DNA of 64,000 bases. It comes from Lama glama. Its lineage: Eukaryota. Made by a program: the position numbers and the translations under genes. The stretch covers positions 20,214,001 to 20,278,000 of the forward strand of contig CM052832.1 of NCBI GenBank assembly GCA_028534125.1, read 5' to 3'. Under the pieces are notes generated by a model. That model was not told the DNA's origin and searched no databases. It saw only the letters and a list, made by a program, of their open reading frames with translations. Below, one piece after another: positions 1 to 13,240 of this stretch (its first letter is position 1; every line of letters starts with the position of its first letter).

Positions 1-1224
1 ATTTGTGCGAGCCCGCTATGTGTAGGTATTGCTTTCTCAGAGGAAGTATGCCTATTTTGGTGACCCAATTAGAAATACGCTGAAATAAACCACAGTAATT
101 TGGAGAGTCAGTGAACCAAGGGGTCTGTAAGTCATGGCAAAGCTGATTCAATACTAGTGTTCGCCTCAAGATTGCCCCCATTTTCTAGGCAGGTGCCGTT
201 CAAAATTGTAAACTACCTCAGGCTAAAACCTTTTAAATCCATTGTCAGTTCATTTGCAAATTCTTCTCTCTCCCTAACCTGAAAGTGTTTGAATTTGTTA
301 ATCCATTTAGTCAGCAGTTGACTGTGGAATTTTTGCTTACCCCAGGCAAACTGGAAATTGCTAACTCTTTCCAAATCCCATTCTTTGACTCACACACTGG
401 TCATTTTGCATTTTGTTCCCAGTAATGTTTTGCGTGTGTGGGGGTGGCCACCTGCTCTGTGTGGTAAAGTCAGACTTGCTTTTAGAACATGTACTGATTT
501 AATAGCAGTAACCATTCTGTCTAAATCTGCTGTAAGAATACGATGAAATTCTGGTTCAAATTAGTCAAGGAACCACTTATTTAGAGGTTGTTAGAGTGCT
601 GATGCTGTGACAAAAGTCATTTCTTCTTCAGACTCCTCAGAGACACCATAATGAAGTTTGCTTGTTGGAGTAGTGTTGAAAATCTATTTTGTGGTGTTTA
701 GAAAAGATAATGTTGCAGGTGCCAACATGCACAAATAGAATTCCGATCATATTGTGTCTGAATAGGCAAAAAAATGAGAGTAAATTGTATTAAAGTGACT
801 CCCTCATTCACAGTCATCTATTGCACCTGCTGAGTTAATATGGTCAATTAGCATCCCAAAGTAATTAGCATTTTAATCAAGGCCTGATACGTGGTATAGT
901 TAACACTAACTTGGTTGGTAAATGCTGTTTATTTATTTTTTGAGCATCTATCATCATCATCATCAAAGCTGTTGTTCTCTGTTGCCTGTGGTCTTATTAT
1001 TCTCCTGAATGTCCTGACTTAATCTAAGAATTCAGAAAAAAATGGTCATTGCTCTTGGATACTCATGAGAGTGAATTTTGCATAGTTTATGAAGAGAGGA
1101 TTTTAAATATACTCTAAGTTGAGAAGTAGGGAGCAAATACTCCAGTAATATATCTTTTTAAAATGGGATTACCTTATGATAATCTACGTATATCTAGGTA
1201 AACAATATAGTAAAGTACAAATAT

Positions 1225-1690
1225 CACCTAGATTGACTCTGCTTTTACCATTGCTTCTTATAATGTAGTCTCAGCAGAGCAGTGAACGTGAGTCTTTAAA
1301 CATGTAAGTCAAATCATCTTACTATCCTACTCAACAGTGACTCTCCATTGCACTCAGAAGTAAAACTAAAGTCTTCAAATGCCCTACAGACTTTCTGAGG
1401 TGGATCCAACTATTTCTCTGACCTTGCCACCCTGATTCCCACCCGCCTCCTCCTTACCAACTACTCTCTGGCCTTACAGCACTTACACTGACTTTTTTTT
1501 TTTTTCTCAGTTCGGGATATAATTCTGCTCTGTATTTTCAAAGCAAGTCCTTGCTCACCTCTTAACATGAGGTACTTCACCACCCTGTTTAAAATTAGAA
1601 TCTTCAATCAGAATACCTGTTCCCCCTCATACAGTTCCCTTTCTTCTTTTTCCCTATAGCCTTATCCTCTTCCAGCATGGTCTGTAAGTA
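1225..1690 (+). mobile_element. LINE L2 fragment (3' region), highly diverged
   Basis: Resembles recalled L2 consensus: 'gagtctttaaacatgtaagtcaaatcatcttact...ctctccattgcactcagaagtaaaactaaagtcttcaaatgccctaca'. Confidence 0.65.
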
Positions 1691-1734
1691 CTTAGCATAC
1701 CATATAATCCTCAAGAATTTTCAAGCTTTTATGC

Positions 1735-2150
1735 TATTTGCAGGCTAACAAGGTCAGCCTCCTGTCATTGCATGGTTGCTGGCAGAAGACATTAGACTGA
1801 GTCGCAGGGAAAGGATTGTTACTTATAATGTACAAGCCACATGAACAGCAGCATATTTGCATCAGTTCTGCCTGCCTCCAGTCCCATGGGGGCGATATGG
1901 ATGGGCCCAGATGGAGGCCTGCACACCCACGAGTTGTGTTGTAGGAGATGAACTGAGAGCTTAGGGAATCCAAATTCTTTTATAATGTACAGTAAGCCTA
2001 CTTAATCTTTATTCCAGAAGGAGATACTATCTCTATCTTCCAAATTGTTCACAGTATACATACTCTTACTAATGATGTCCAGAAAAAGGACAATCAAAGC
2101 CTCACTAGCAAAATGTATAGAAACGAAAGATCCATGAAGAATTATCTCGC
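1735..2150 (-). mobile_element. Probable ERV solo LTR, family not determined
   Basis: 'gcaggctaacaaggtcagcctcctgtcattgcatggttgctggcagaagaca' resembles antisense MER-class ERV LTRs; locally higher GC. Confidence 0.4.
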
Positions 2151-2479
2151 AACTATAATATTTACACTTTGTTATACTTTCCCCCAATGTAAATTCCCTG
2201 AAAGATTTTATTTCTTCCCTGATATACTCAGAAGACATAGAAAAGGAATCTATACCTTGTTTTTTCAATCCCCAACCCCCAAATCTGCTACTTCCTCCCT
2301 TGGTGACGTTAGTTAATCTCTGTTAGTACTCATTTTCTCAGCCACAAAACAGGAGTAGTAAGTAATGCTTCTCTTAACACCTCATGGTAAGAATTTACTG
2401 TTAAATGTCTATAAGTGTTGGAATTCTCCAAGGCTCAGGTGTAGATAGGAAGTGGAATCTCATCTCAGGCCTCACTTTG

Positions 2480-2800
2480 GTCTTATGTGACTCCAAATTT
2501 ACTTTGCTAGCCCAGACCTTTTCTCTGATGCTTAGTCCCATTTTTCTATCTAATCTCATAGACATGTGCACCAAAACTGACTTCATGTTGACCTCCCCAA
2601 GCTCTGCCATCTTTCAGGTTTCATCAACATGGTAAATGCACCTCCATACATTTATTTGTGCAAGCCGTAATACATGGCTCATTGTTAACTCTTCCTTCTC
2701 TCTCAGCCTATCCCACCCTCATATTCAATCACTCATCACTTTTTGTTAATTTCACCTCTTAAATATTTCTGGACTCTCTCCACTTTTTCCATCTCTACTA
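2480..2800 (+). mobile_element. LINE L2 fragment
   Basis: 'gactccaaatttactttgctagcccagacc...cacctcttaaatatttctggactctctccactt' resembles L2; appears to continue at about 3580-3710, 4248-4490 and 4995-5190. Confidence 0.65.
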
Positions 2801-2821
2801 GTAGAAACATGAATCCAAGTT

Positions 2822-3578
2822 CAGTGATTCCCAGCTATCTCAGATCAGTGCCTCCTGTTTAGAGAAAATATTTTAAAATATTTGTTTAATATATTGAAAT
2901 GAATTCATATATAATATAACAAAACTTATACATAAAATTTTAAAACAAAAATCAAAATATTTTTAACTGAAATATGAAGTTTAACTAGAGGAAATTATAT
3001 TAAAATAATTCCAACGTGTGACGATCAGACATGGCTAGACTAGAAAACCTAAAAATGTTGTCAGACTTTTGCACCTACATAAAGATTCATTCTGGATTCG
3101 AAACCTACAAAGACAGACAGGGGCAAGACCATAGTATTGAACTCAGAGACCAGGAGCAGCATTACTGTCAGTGATAGGATTTTACGAAATGGCAAAAACT
3201 TAGTGACTTTCCAAACAAACTAAAGTACAATGATGTCTCCATTTACATAGTAGATGCATTCCTGGAAGATGCAGTGTACCCTTAAATCATGCAAAAATAC
3301 CATGTGTTTATATGTAAAATGTAATTACATTATAGGCAGGTTTTTCATTTATATGAGTCTACACTTTTTAGTGGGCCATTCTAAACTTTCATGAGACACA
3401 GACAATTGTCCCTTTAAGTTAAAAAATCCTGCTCATTGCAAAATATGCCTAGTAGACCTGGACCCCACTTATAAGTGCCAGTAGCCAGCACTCTGCAAAA
3501 ATAAAAGCAGAATATAAACATTTTTATTACTTTTCAATTGTCCCTAAAAGTGCATAGCACTTCCATTGAGGATTGCTG
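2822..3578. mobile_element. hAT-Charlie DNA transposon, MER20B-like
   Basis: Starts CAGTGATTCCC and ends GAGGATTGCTG (degenerate Charlie TIRs); 3400-3578 resembles antisense MER20; about 760 bp; interrupts L2. Confidence 0.5.
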
Positions 3579-3711
3579 CTAAAGACTTAAGTTATCTTTA
3601 TCCTTAAGTCATTATCCTCCTAACAGATTTTGTAGTTTCACTCCTGTCCCCTCTACTTAATCACTGCCTTAGCTAGAGCTGATTCTCAAAGCCAGATTTG
3701 ATTATTTTATC

Positions 3712-4247
3712 TGTATTTGCCTGGTTTTCCAGAGACACAGACCAACAAGGTATGGAGATGTATAAAAATTTATTACAAGAATTGCTTCATGCAGTTATGG
3801 AACCTGAGAAGTCCTAAGAGCTGCAGCCAGTAAGTTAATGTCCCAGGAGAGCTGGGTCCCATCTGAGTCCAAAGGCCTGGGAACTAGAAGAACTGATGAT
3901 AGAAGTTCAAGTTCAGTGAGCAGACTGAGTCAAGAAGGGCCAATGTCTCCTTAAAGTCTGAAGTCAGGAAAAGATCAATATCTCAGCTTGAAGCAGCCAG
4001 GCAGAAGGAGTTCCCTCTTACTCAGGGGAAGGTCTTCTTTTTACGTCCTATTCAAGCCTCCAAGTGATGGAATGAGGCCCACTCAGTATTGAGGAGGGCA
4101 GTCTGTTTTACTCGGTCTATGGATGCAAATGTTGATTTCATCCAAAACACCCTCACAGACACACCCAGAGATATGTTTGACCAGTTATCTGAACACCCAG
4201 TGATATCGATGATACTGTCAAGTTGACACATAAAATTTGCCATCACA
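3712..4247 (-). mobile_element. ERVL solo LTR, MLT2 family
   Basis: TG...CA termini; diagnostic 'ggttttccagagacacagaccaac', 'caccctcacagacacacccaga', 'gtcaagttgacacataaaatttgccatcaca'. Confidence 0.85.
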
Positions 4248-4994
4248 CTGCCTATTACATAAATGCCTTAGTGGCCATTTCCTTCTCTGAAGGGACAAAA
4301 GTTTGGCATGACTTCTAAGGCTTTATGTTATCTAACTCACTGTTTTGCATATTCTTCTCTGCTTGAGACACACTAACTTTTCTATTCTACGTGTAAGCAA
4401 TCATCCTTGACAGCACAGGATCTGTGCACATCTGTTCTGTGTACTCCTTTTACCACACACATTTCCCAAGTTAACTTCTACTTATAGCTTAGAAGCTGTA
4501 GCTTTTTGTTTAGAACTTGTAATAAACGTTCAAAAATTATTTTATAAATTTTCAGTGGGGCTTGGGGGTAACATTAAAAATATTTAATAAGTAAGACATG
4601 GGAATTAATCAGTCAAAATACATGCCAGCTACCAGAGAAGCATTTTAGGGACACTGATCTATAAGATGTCAACCCATTAATTTTTTAATTGTGTTTTGGT
4701 CTGGGTTTGGATAATCCAGGATATTCCTGGGGGGAGAGTATAATAGTCAGGGAAGGTAGGCACTGAGAGATTTGGAGAATCAATTATTTGTCAACCCTTA
4801 ACTATTTTGATATTTTAATACCAATATGGCTGTTGAAAGTAACCCACATTATTGTGTTAGGATTATTATTATTTCCCATCAGTTGCACACCGGTATTTAG
4901 ACTTAGATGGAGTTTACCTATAGATTTTGGCAACATTTTCAATCAGTTCCATTCCTGTAAGTTCTTCTTATAGGACAAATAGACCCGAGTCTAT

Positions 4995-5190
4995 TCCTTT
5001 ATTACACTTTGCACAATTATAATTTTACTTTAATTTGTAAAATGATTTAATTGACCTTTCTAGCACTAGACTGTAATTTCAGTGAAGGCAAACACTATAT
5101 CTATTTTGGCACAACATATTATACTACATGCCCTCAAAAAACTGTGGTGCATATTGAAGTCCATAAATACATACTGAAAGGATGAATGTA
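4995..5190 (+). mobile_element. LINE L2 3' terminus
   Basis: 'cactagactgtaatttcagtgaaggcaaacacta...ataaatacatactgaaaggatgaatg' resembles the L2 tail. Confidence 0.6.
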
Positions 5191-7015
5191 AATGTCTTTC
5201 ATATAGTTAGTACTCAACACATCTTAATTTCCTTTCCCCCTCCTTCTTACCTCTAAGGATGACATAGTACATGTATTTATTTTAATCAACACATAATAGC
5301 AAACTCACAGATACACAGCTACCCAAAGTTTAAGGAGCAAAAATTGAAATTACATAGTAAGTTGTGGAATTTCCCTCTCATACTTGTGCCAAAAATAGGC
5401 CATGGAATGGGAGGCTTATTTTCTTGATAAAATTGCTTCTATTTCTTACCTTCTGAGCTTTGGGTAAACTCAGCCCCAGATCTCAACTTTTGTTTTCCCT
5501 CTCACACCAGGCCACTGTGCCTTCTGTTATACTGAACACATTGCCAAGCTGTATACTCACCCTTGAGAGATTCATCATGGAGAAACTGGACCTCTAGGCT
5601 TCCAAGGCCGAGGGGACTTAGATTTAAATAAAAGCCAGTGTAAAGGCAATTAATGACCCTAATCATCAGCTTCCAAAAAAAAAAAATACTTGTACAAAGA
5701 GGGAAATGTTTCTAAAGAAAATAAAAAGAAATTATTATGCCTAGGACCAAAATGAATTAGGACACCACAAACTAAGACAAATGCTCATGATTAAGAGTCA
5801 TGGCTCGTCTTCAAGTGTCATTTATATACTTTCAGACCTTGAAATTTCCAAAACAAAAGAGATCTGCACTTTTTCTTGTACTCATTATCTAGTCTGTTCA
5901 ATGTTCCATGTAGTTTATGCCTCTATGAAATTGAATATAATTGGTTTATGGAAACTAAACAAAAGCTTAAATTCAAAGCACATTTAGAAATCCAAATTCA
6001 TTAATTTGGTCCACATACTCATTGACCCTCATCTGGCCAACTCTACCATCCTTTGTACTTTTCTGTGATTAAACCTAAAAATATGTTTAGATGAGATTGC
6101 AAATAAGTGTGGTGAGAAGATATTTTGGTTTATTAGCCAACATAATTTCCCTACTATTTCTGTACCTGTATTCTGACCCCTCATCCCTACCATAGCCTCA
6201 AACAAATTAGATTAAGGCATTCTGCCAGAATTGTTTGCTGAAGACTGCAGTGAACAGAAGAAAAATCTCAGCTTTTGACAAATAAAAAGCCAAGACCCAA
6301 AAAGAAACTAGATTTGAAAGAATACAAGAATGCAAAACCAGAGCAATGTTTTTAACCCCTAGAGTCTAGATAAAATTTGCCACAAAGGAAGAAAATGATT
6401 TTTTTTTTTAATGGGAGTAAAAAGAGAAATAGCGAAAACTTTGTGAGAAGGTCCTTGCACCATACCCTTTTTCCCCAAGCTCGTTTGGGGTAGGAAAAAT
6501 GTTGGAATTCTTGAATTTGGTTTAGAAATCTAAGAGCACAGAAGTGTATCCTCCAGCCACAGAGAATGTTCTGGAAACTGGTTAGATCTTCATCTTATCG
6601 GAAAAAAAAAAGTCCTGTGCACACTAGAAGAGCAAAGAAGTATTAAAGGGGTTTTCATTGCCGCAGAGAGTTCACAGAGTTTTCCACGCCCTGGTCCAGT
6701 AGATGAAAGCGGCTAAACATTTCCAGTGGTGGATAGTGGATGGTGGCAGGTGGTGGAGGGCTGAACCTAGAAGTTTCCTGTAGTCAGAAGTGTGGGACAT
6801 TCCCACAGCTCCCTGAATGGGTCTGAGTCTACAGAGCAGGGCACATGAAATACGGCTCAAGAGATGTCAGTCTGCAATGATAATAAGCAAGAATCAGATG
6901 TTCCCCATCTCCAAGCATGGCATCGTGCAGTCCTGGGAGTAGGAAAACTAATTTGACTACGCTTCACTTTTTCCACCCAAGAACCTCAGGCACAAAGTTG
7001 GAATCAAGGTGATAT

Positions 7016-7046
7016 AAAAAAAAAAAATATATATATATATATATAT
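7016..7046. repeat. poly(A) plus (TA)n microsatellite
   Basis: Read directly. Confidence 0.95.
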
Positions 7047-7150
7047 TAAATAGACATTGTTTTTTAAGCCTCAGAGCTTTGGGGATTTTGAATGAAAGGC
7101 TTTAGAGAGTGATATCAAATAATTCTTGCCTTTGTTACAGACTTTGGTCT

Positions 7151-7512
7151 TGTCTTAGTTTGGGGTGTTTGGGATGCTGTAATAAAGTACCATAGATTAG
7201 GTGGCTTATAAACATTAAAAAAATAATTTCTCTGGAATCTAGAAGACTGAGATCAGGGTGCCAGCATGATTAGTTTCCAGTGAGAGCCCTCTTCCGGGTT
7301 GCAGACTACTGACTTCTGGTTTCCTCACATAGTTAAAAGAGAGCTAGCAAGCTTTCTGGCCTCATCTTTAAAAAACACATTAATACCATTCTTAAAGCTC
7401 CACTCTCATGATCTAATCACCTCTCCAAAGCCCCATCTCCAAATACCATCACATTAGGATTAGGGCTATAATATATGAATTTTGAGGGGACACAAACATT
7501 CAGTCCATTGCA
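7151..7512 (-). mobile_element. MaLR solo LTR, MLT1A-like
   Basis: TGTCTTAGT...CAGTCCATTGCA termini; 'ctaatcacctctccaaagccccatctccaaataccatcacatt' and 'gggggacacaaacattcag'. Confidence 0.88.
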
Positions 7513-7781
7513 TATCTGGACAGATTTATTAAGATTTAGGTTTTCCTGTGATATGCCATGATAATAGTTGATAGGACATTTTCAGGAAAAACAAAAAGCT
7601 AAAGCAGGGGAAATTTAAAGGGACACCCTATGATGCTCTGTGACTACCATGCTCTATTTGCCGTGGCTTCAGACAGTTTTGTGTGGACATAGACAAGCAC
7701 AGACAAAGGCACCCAGGGTGTCTTCCCCATAATCACTATTAAGGCAAGTCTATAGGATTGAAGACTGAAGAGTAAAGAGGA

Positions 7782-8021
7782 TTGAGAATGTGCATTGGTG
7801 CAGCCACTATGGAGAAAAGCATGAAAGTTTCTTAGAAAACTAGAAGTAGAGTTACCATATGACCCAGTAATCCCACTTCTGGGCATGTATCTGGAAAAGA
7901 CAAAAACTCTTAATTTGAAAAGACTTCTACACCCCAGTGTTCATAACAGCACTACTTACAATAGCCAAGATGTGGAAACAACCTAAATGTCCATTGAGAG
8001 ATGAATGGATAAAGAAATTTT

Positions 8022-8060
<39 letters not shown>

Positions 8061-8531
8061 CCATATATATATGGATACTACTCAGCCATAAAAAAGAATG
8101 AAATAACACTATTTGTAGCAACATGGATAGACTTAGAGATTATCATTCTAGGTGAAGTAAGTCAGACAGAGAAAGACAAATATCATATATCACTTATATG
8201 TGGAATCTAAAAAACATGATAGAAAGGAACTTATTTACAAAACAGAAATAGACACACAGACACAGAAAACAAACATGGTTACCAAAGGGGACAGTAGGGG
8301 ATAGGGACAAATTAGGAATTTAAGAATAACAGATACACACTATGCTATATAAAATAGATAAACAACAAGGACCTACTGTATAGCACAAGGAACTGTATTT
8401 AATATCTGGTAATAACCTATAATGGGAAAGGATCTGAAAAAATATATGTGTGTGTATACATGTGTATAACTGAATTACTTTGCTATTCCCTGAAACATTA
8501 TAAATCAACTATATTTCAATTAAAATTTAAA
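7782..8531 (+). mobile_element. 5'-truncated L1 (ORF2 C-terminus plus 3'UTR), cetartiodactyl type, with TSD
   Basis: 'ttggtgcagccactatggag...ttaccatatgacccagtaatcccact' (ORF2 end), 3'UTR and A-rich tail; direct repeat AAGAGTAAAG at 7768-7777 and 8532-8541. Confidence 0.9.
8023..8058. repeat. (GT)18 microsatellite inside L1
   Basis: Read directly. Confidence 0.95.
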
Positions 8532-9380
8532 AAGAGTAAAGGAGACAGAAGACCACTAAGTAGGCAATGTCTGCTACTCAAAACAATACATGCCAGATAC
8601 ATTAGAGGGACATTACATGAAAAGGAACAGTTTTTAACTAAAAAATTAACCCAAAAGTTATTGAAGAATAAAGCCACGATCAAAACATAAACTGTGTAAA
8701 AATACAGGGCATTCCTTTGCTTCTGTCTTTTCTTTGCTTCCATGGGTGCATCAGTTTTGACTTTCCTTGGGAAGGAGCAAGGGAGTATGCACCCTCCCCC
8801 GGGTACTTCCTGCCCTTCTGTGTTCTTTGCCAGCAAGGACCACAGACTCACTGATCTAGCCTGGTGGATTTCCAGAAGCCTCTTATTTCCCCCACCTTGT
8901 GCTCCAACATGCAAACAACTTTACATAGACCTTGAGTTTTAAAATGAGTGATCTGGAAGAGAATGTTGAGGTAATTTGCATAAAGTCAGGTATCCAACTA
9001 ACTTACCCTGGGTCTGGCTCCCTCATGGTCCTGCTGTTTTGCTGCTTCTTAAATCAGTCAGAACAGAGAGAGTGATCCTGGATATTAACCTACATACAAC
9101 TCATCTGCATGGAAGCTACAGGTCAGGGGTGCCAAGGTGAAGCGGGCACATGAAGTGTAAGAAATTGGTCACTGAAAATCCCTTTCATGCCTAGTGTTTT
9201 TTTAAGGTGTATAATGGTTTGCAGTACATTACTGGGGGTGTTCCAGTCGAAGCAGTTAGTTACAGTCTATCACACTTGTATTAAACTCCTCTGGAATGGG
9301 GGACAGTTTCCTTCCTGAATAAGGTTGAAAGAGTGACTTGTTTATGCTCAGAAATGCAGGTACCTAATCATTTACTTGTT

Positions 9381-9570
9381 CAGTGTTTCACTGAAGGTGT
9401 CTTCTGGAGCTCTTGCCCTTGAAGAACTTGTTAAAAGGTGAATGCGGAGCCCTAGTCAAAAATCTCCTGAATCAATAGAGATGGGCTGAGCTTGAGAATT
9501 GGGAGGGGGACCCTTGGAATCTTTGCTTTTTTAAACTACCTACTTTTTCCCACTAAAGTTTGAGAAGAGC
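9381..9570. mobile_element. MER5-like hAT-Charlie MITE
   Basis: 'cttgttaaaa...cctgaatcaa...ggaatctttgctttttta...ctaaagtttgagaa'. Confidence 0.45.
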
Positions 9571-11491
9571 TTTTCTAGCTCTTTAGAACCAGACTGCCTC
9601 AAACATGGTTTCCCAGGGCAAGCGTGGGCCAAGTCAAAGTGAGCCATGGTTTCTTTGGTGTGAAATGCCTCTGAGTTTCATTAGGGTGAATTGGTCCACT
9701 GGGATTCTGCCCCGTTGGGTGAGCTGAGATTACAGAGTTGATTAGCAGCCAAGAGAACAGACTGTAGCCCCCGGATACCGCTGAATAAGCCATAGCCGTG
9801 TGTGCATCACTGAGTGTATGGTCCCGTCAAATTTATGGACAACTCTTGTTTATAATCTCGTGGCATATGCTGCCGTACTATTTGTTTATAAAGGGCCGAG
9901 GCTGGGTGTATTGTGCATCACAAATGATATACTGTAGAGTTTCCCAGGATAAATGAAATATGTCCATTTTGCCCCATCTGGATCTTGTTTTATTTTTTTT
10001 CCATGATTAGCATTTTGGCAGTTTTCACTCTTCTGCTGTTCTATGTACCCAGGGGAGGTGAAGAGTTGAGCTCTTTCCAAAATCAGGGTAGTGCTATGTG
10101 GGGAAAAACTACAGCTGAAAGGGCACTTTCTTCATAGATTCTCCACACTTGGGCGGAGGATGCAGAGGTTGTGATTATGATTAGTGGGGAGTGAAAGCAC
10201 CGTGAGATCAAGGCTCATGTGAGTCACAAAGCGTGGAAATGTTCTTACCAGATGATAGTCAGGATACAGGAGATTTTCTGTCCCCCAGAACCAGCTGAGC
10301 TTGTGAATTCACCACGATACAGTTTCGCTGAACTGCAGAAGGAGGCCCTGTTCTCAGTGATGAATTTAGTCTGCTTGAGATAAAAATGGGGTCACGATGT
10401 TCATTTGACACCTTGTTAATTTATGCTGCAACCAAACCAAACCAAACCAGATTCACTTGCTGCAGTAACACGACTTATTCTTTTTTAAATAATGCTAGAA
10501 CAGAACCAAAGTCTGTTTTTCATTTGGGGCAAGTTACGGGAGTAGAACGCAGAAACCAAACAGCCCACAAGGGCAAAGGTCTCTTTTTCACTTGTGAAAT
10601 AGACATAAGCAACTCAGAATTCAGAGTCTTTCTGGGCTGATGGCTTTGTGCTTTAAAGAGAATTATCTCTGGTTCTTTTCAGTTTTCTATTTAAACAATA
10701 ATGGCCTATACCTGATATTTTTAGGTGAGACCTTATGTCTCAGATTTAAAATAGCTCGCTGTTCTATTTCACAAAACATATTTCTGTTCATATTTTTATT
10801 CACATTTACAGGCTAAATTTTTACTTGCATTATACAGTTTCACTTTAAATGTGTAGAATCAGGAAATGAGAGGTCAACTTATGATAAAGAGGCAGCATGT
10901 AATACCCAAAGTAAGAGAGAAAATCAAGAAATAGTTTTTAGGAGTTTTGATTAAGAATTAATGCACATGGCCATCTACACTCAGAAGACTTCCCAGATTT
11001 CAGGTACCAAAATACTTTTATTTTCATATTACTGCAATTAAGTATTATACATAAAATGCCTAATGTATTTTAGATATATCGTTAGAGATGATGCTGCCAC
11101 TTCAAATGGTGAAAGAGTTTTATTCAAAACAAAAAACCAAAATTTTCCAATTAAAATACTGTTCTGCTTATATTTATGTATTTCCATAATTAACTGAAAC
11201 TTCTATTGGTACAAATTATTCTGCCTATATTATGCCTCTTTGTAATACATATTACATATTATATAGTATATCACCAATTGACATGTGAACTCAAAATATT
11301 AGCTCTCCCCTTCCATTTTCTGCCTCTGCAGAAACACTACTGATTTTTCTTACTTCTAGAATCAGACGTAGGGCCAGCTCCAGAGACAACCTATTCAAAA
11401 TTAGGAACCTGTATAAAAACATGCAGCTGCTTCTCCTCATATTTCCCCTTTACTCCAATCCTTTGGTGTTTAATATTTGTTATACCTAAGT

Positions 11492-11670
11492 CAGTGGAGT
11501 TTTTTTAGCCATCTCCTGGAAAGCTTATAAAAAGTCCAGAGCCTTACTGGCCATCCTCCAAATACTTCTGATTCAACAAGCCTGAGATGGGGCCTGGGAA
11601 TCTGCATATGCAATGAATTCCCATGTGGTTCTGATGCAGATGGCCCTGGAATCACACTTTAAAAACAGTT
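11492..11670. mobile_element. MER5A-like hAT-Charlie MITE
   Basis: 'ttctgattcaacaagcctgagatggggcctgggaatctgcat...gtggttctgatgca...cacacttt'. Confidence 0.75.
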
Positions 11671-12169
11671 CTTTAAGACCTGTGATCTTGTAATAAAGAA
11701 CGAATCACAGGCTTTTGTATTTCATCTCAACACTCCTGGAGTGAAACTTCCCCACAACAGAGAGTTAGGATCTGCTCTCAGAAATGAGTATCGTCATGTT
11801 ATAAAATGAAATAACCGTCATGTCAACTTTACTTCCAACACCAGGGGGCACAATTCCTGAGGAATGACATTCCAACTACATTGATTATCAAAGCCCTCAC
11901 TCCATTTCCAGCCACCTGCCCTCTGATTCCTTGTTGTTGACAATTACCTGGGTCACATAGGAACTTGCTCTGCCTTTTTGGACACTGTGACTGTGTGTCT
12001 GTTTACTCCTACATAGTCAGACTCTGTGGGCTGGTCAGCTCAATCGTGTTCTCTCTTGGTCTAACAGGTGACATGGGCCAGATTCCAGAGCCTGCTGTAC
12101 ACACACGATCACCATGGCTTACAAACTAACCTCAGAGCATCGAATGTTAACTTTTCCTAGCCCTTTGAG

Positions 12170-13240
12170 ATCTTGGGTTAGGCAAAGATTAAAGCTCTTT
12201 TATGAGACAGAACATAGGAATTAGAGAAGCTTGCTAAGTTGGACATTATAAAAATTGAAAGCTTTTATTCTTTGGAAGATACTATAAAAATGAAAAGAAA
12301 ATCAAACTGGCAAAAAAATTTTACAAAACTCGTGTGGTAAATATATGATAACTAAGTGGTTTCCAGTTGTATAAAGAACTCTTAGTAATTAATTCATATT
12401 TCATTAATAAGAAAATAAACCACCACTATTTTAAAACAGACAAAAGACTTGAACAAATGCTTCATCAAAGATGACTCTGTGAGTGGTTAAAAACCTGTCA
12501 AAAGATGCTCAACCTCATTTGTCATTAGAAAAATTCAAATTAAAACTTTGATATCACTTCGCCTCTAAAAATGGTTAAAAAAAAAAACAAGTAGCAATAT
12601 CAGGTATTGCTAAAATATGGAACAACAGAAACTTCATAAATGCCTGGTGGAAATGAAAACTGGCACAACCACTTTGGAAAGCAGTTTGGCAGTTTCTTAC
12701 CAACTTAAACACACGCTGTACATCCCAGCAATCCCACTTACCCAGAAGAAATGAGGATATACATACACACAAAAACCTGTATTCATATGTTTATGGCAAC
12801 TTTACTCATAATCATCAAAAGCTGGAAGTAAATGGCCATCACTTGTAGAATGGATCAACAAATAATGTTACGTTCAAATAATGAAATATTACTCAGCAGT
12901 AAAGCAAAGTTCATGCATGCAAAGAGATTGATGAATTTCAGATGCGCTAGGATTTGTGAAAGAAGCCAGACCCCCAAAACTAAATACTGTATAAATCTTT
13001 TTTGTGTAGTATTCTAGTAATAGCAAAATATTAGGGACACAAAGTAGACCACTGGTTGCCAGGGTCAGGAGTAGAAAGAGAAAACTGATTATAAAGTTGC
13101 ATCAGGAAACTATTTAATATGATGGACATGATCCATGTTTTTATTGTGATGATAGTGATATGACTGTATGCATTCGTCAAAATTCATAGAAATGTGCACC
13201 TAAAAGGTGAATTTTATTGTATATAATTTATATAAAAAAA
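12170..13240 (+). mobile_element. Old L1M (L1MB/MC/ME-type) ORF2 end plus 3'UTR
   Basis: 'caaccactttggaaagcagtttggcagtttctta', 'cccagcaatcccact', 'gtcaaaattcatagaaatgtgcacctaaaaggtgaattttattgtat'. Confidence 0.85.

Noticed and set aside
213..220. CTACCTCA let-7 8mer site, or let-7-like TGAGGTAGT on the minus strand
   Set aside because: No complementary hairpin arm and no 3'UTR context; about one such 8-mer is expected by chance in a window this size.
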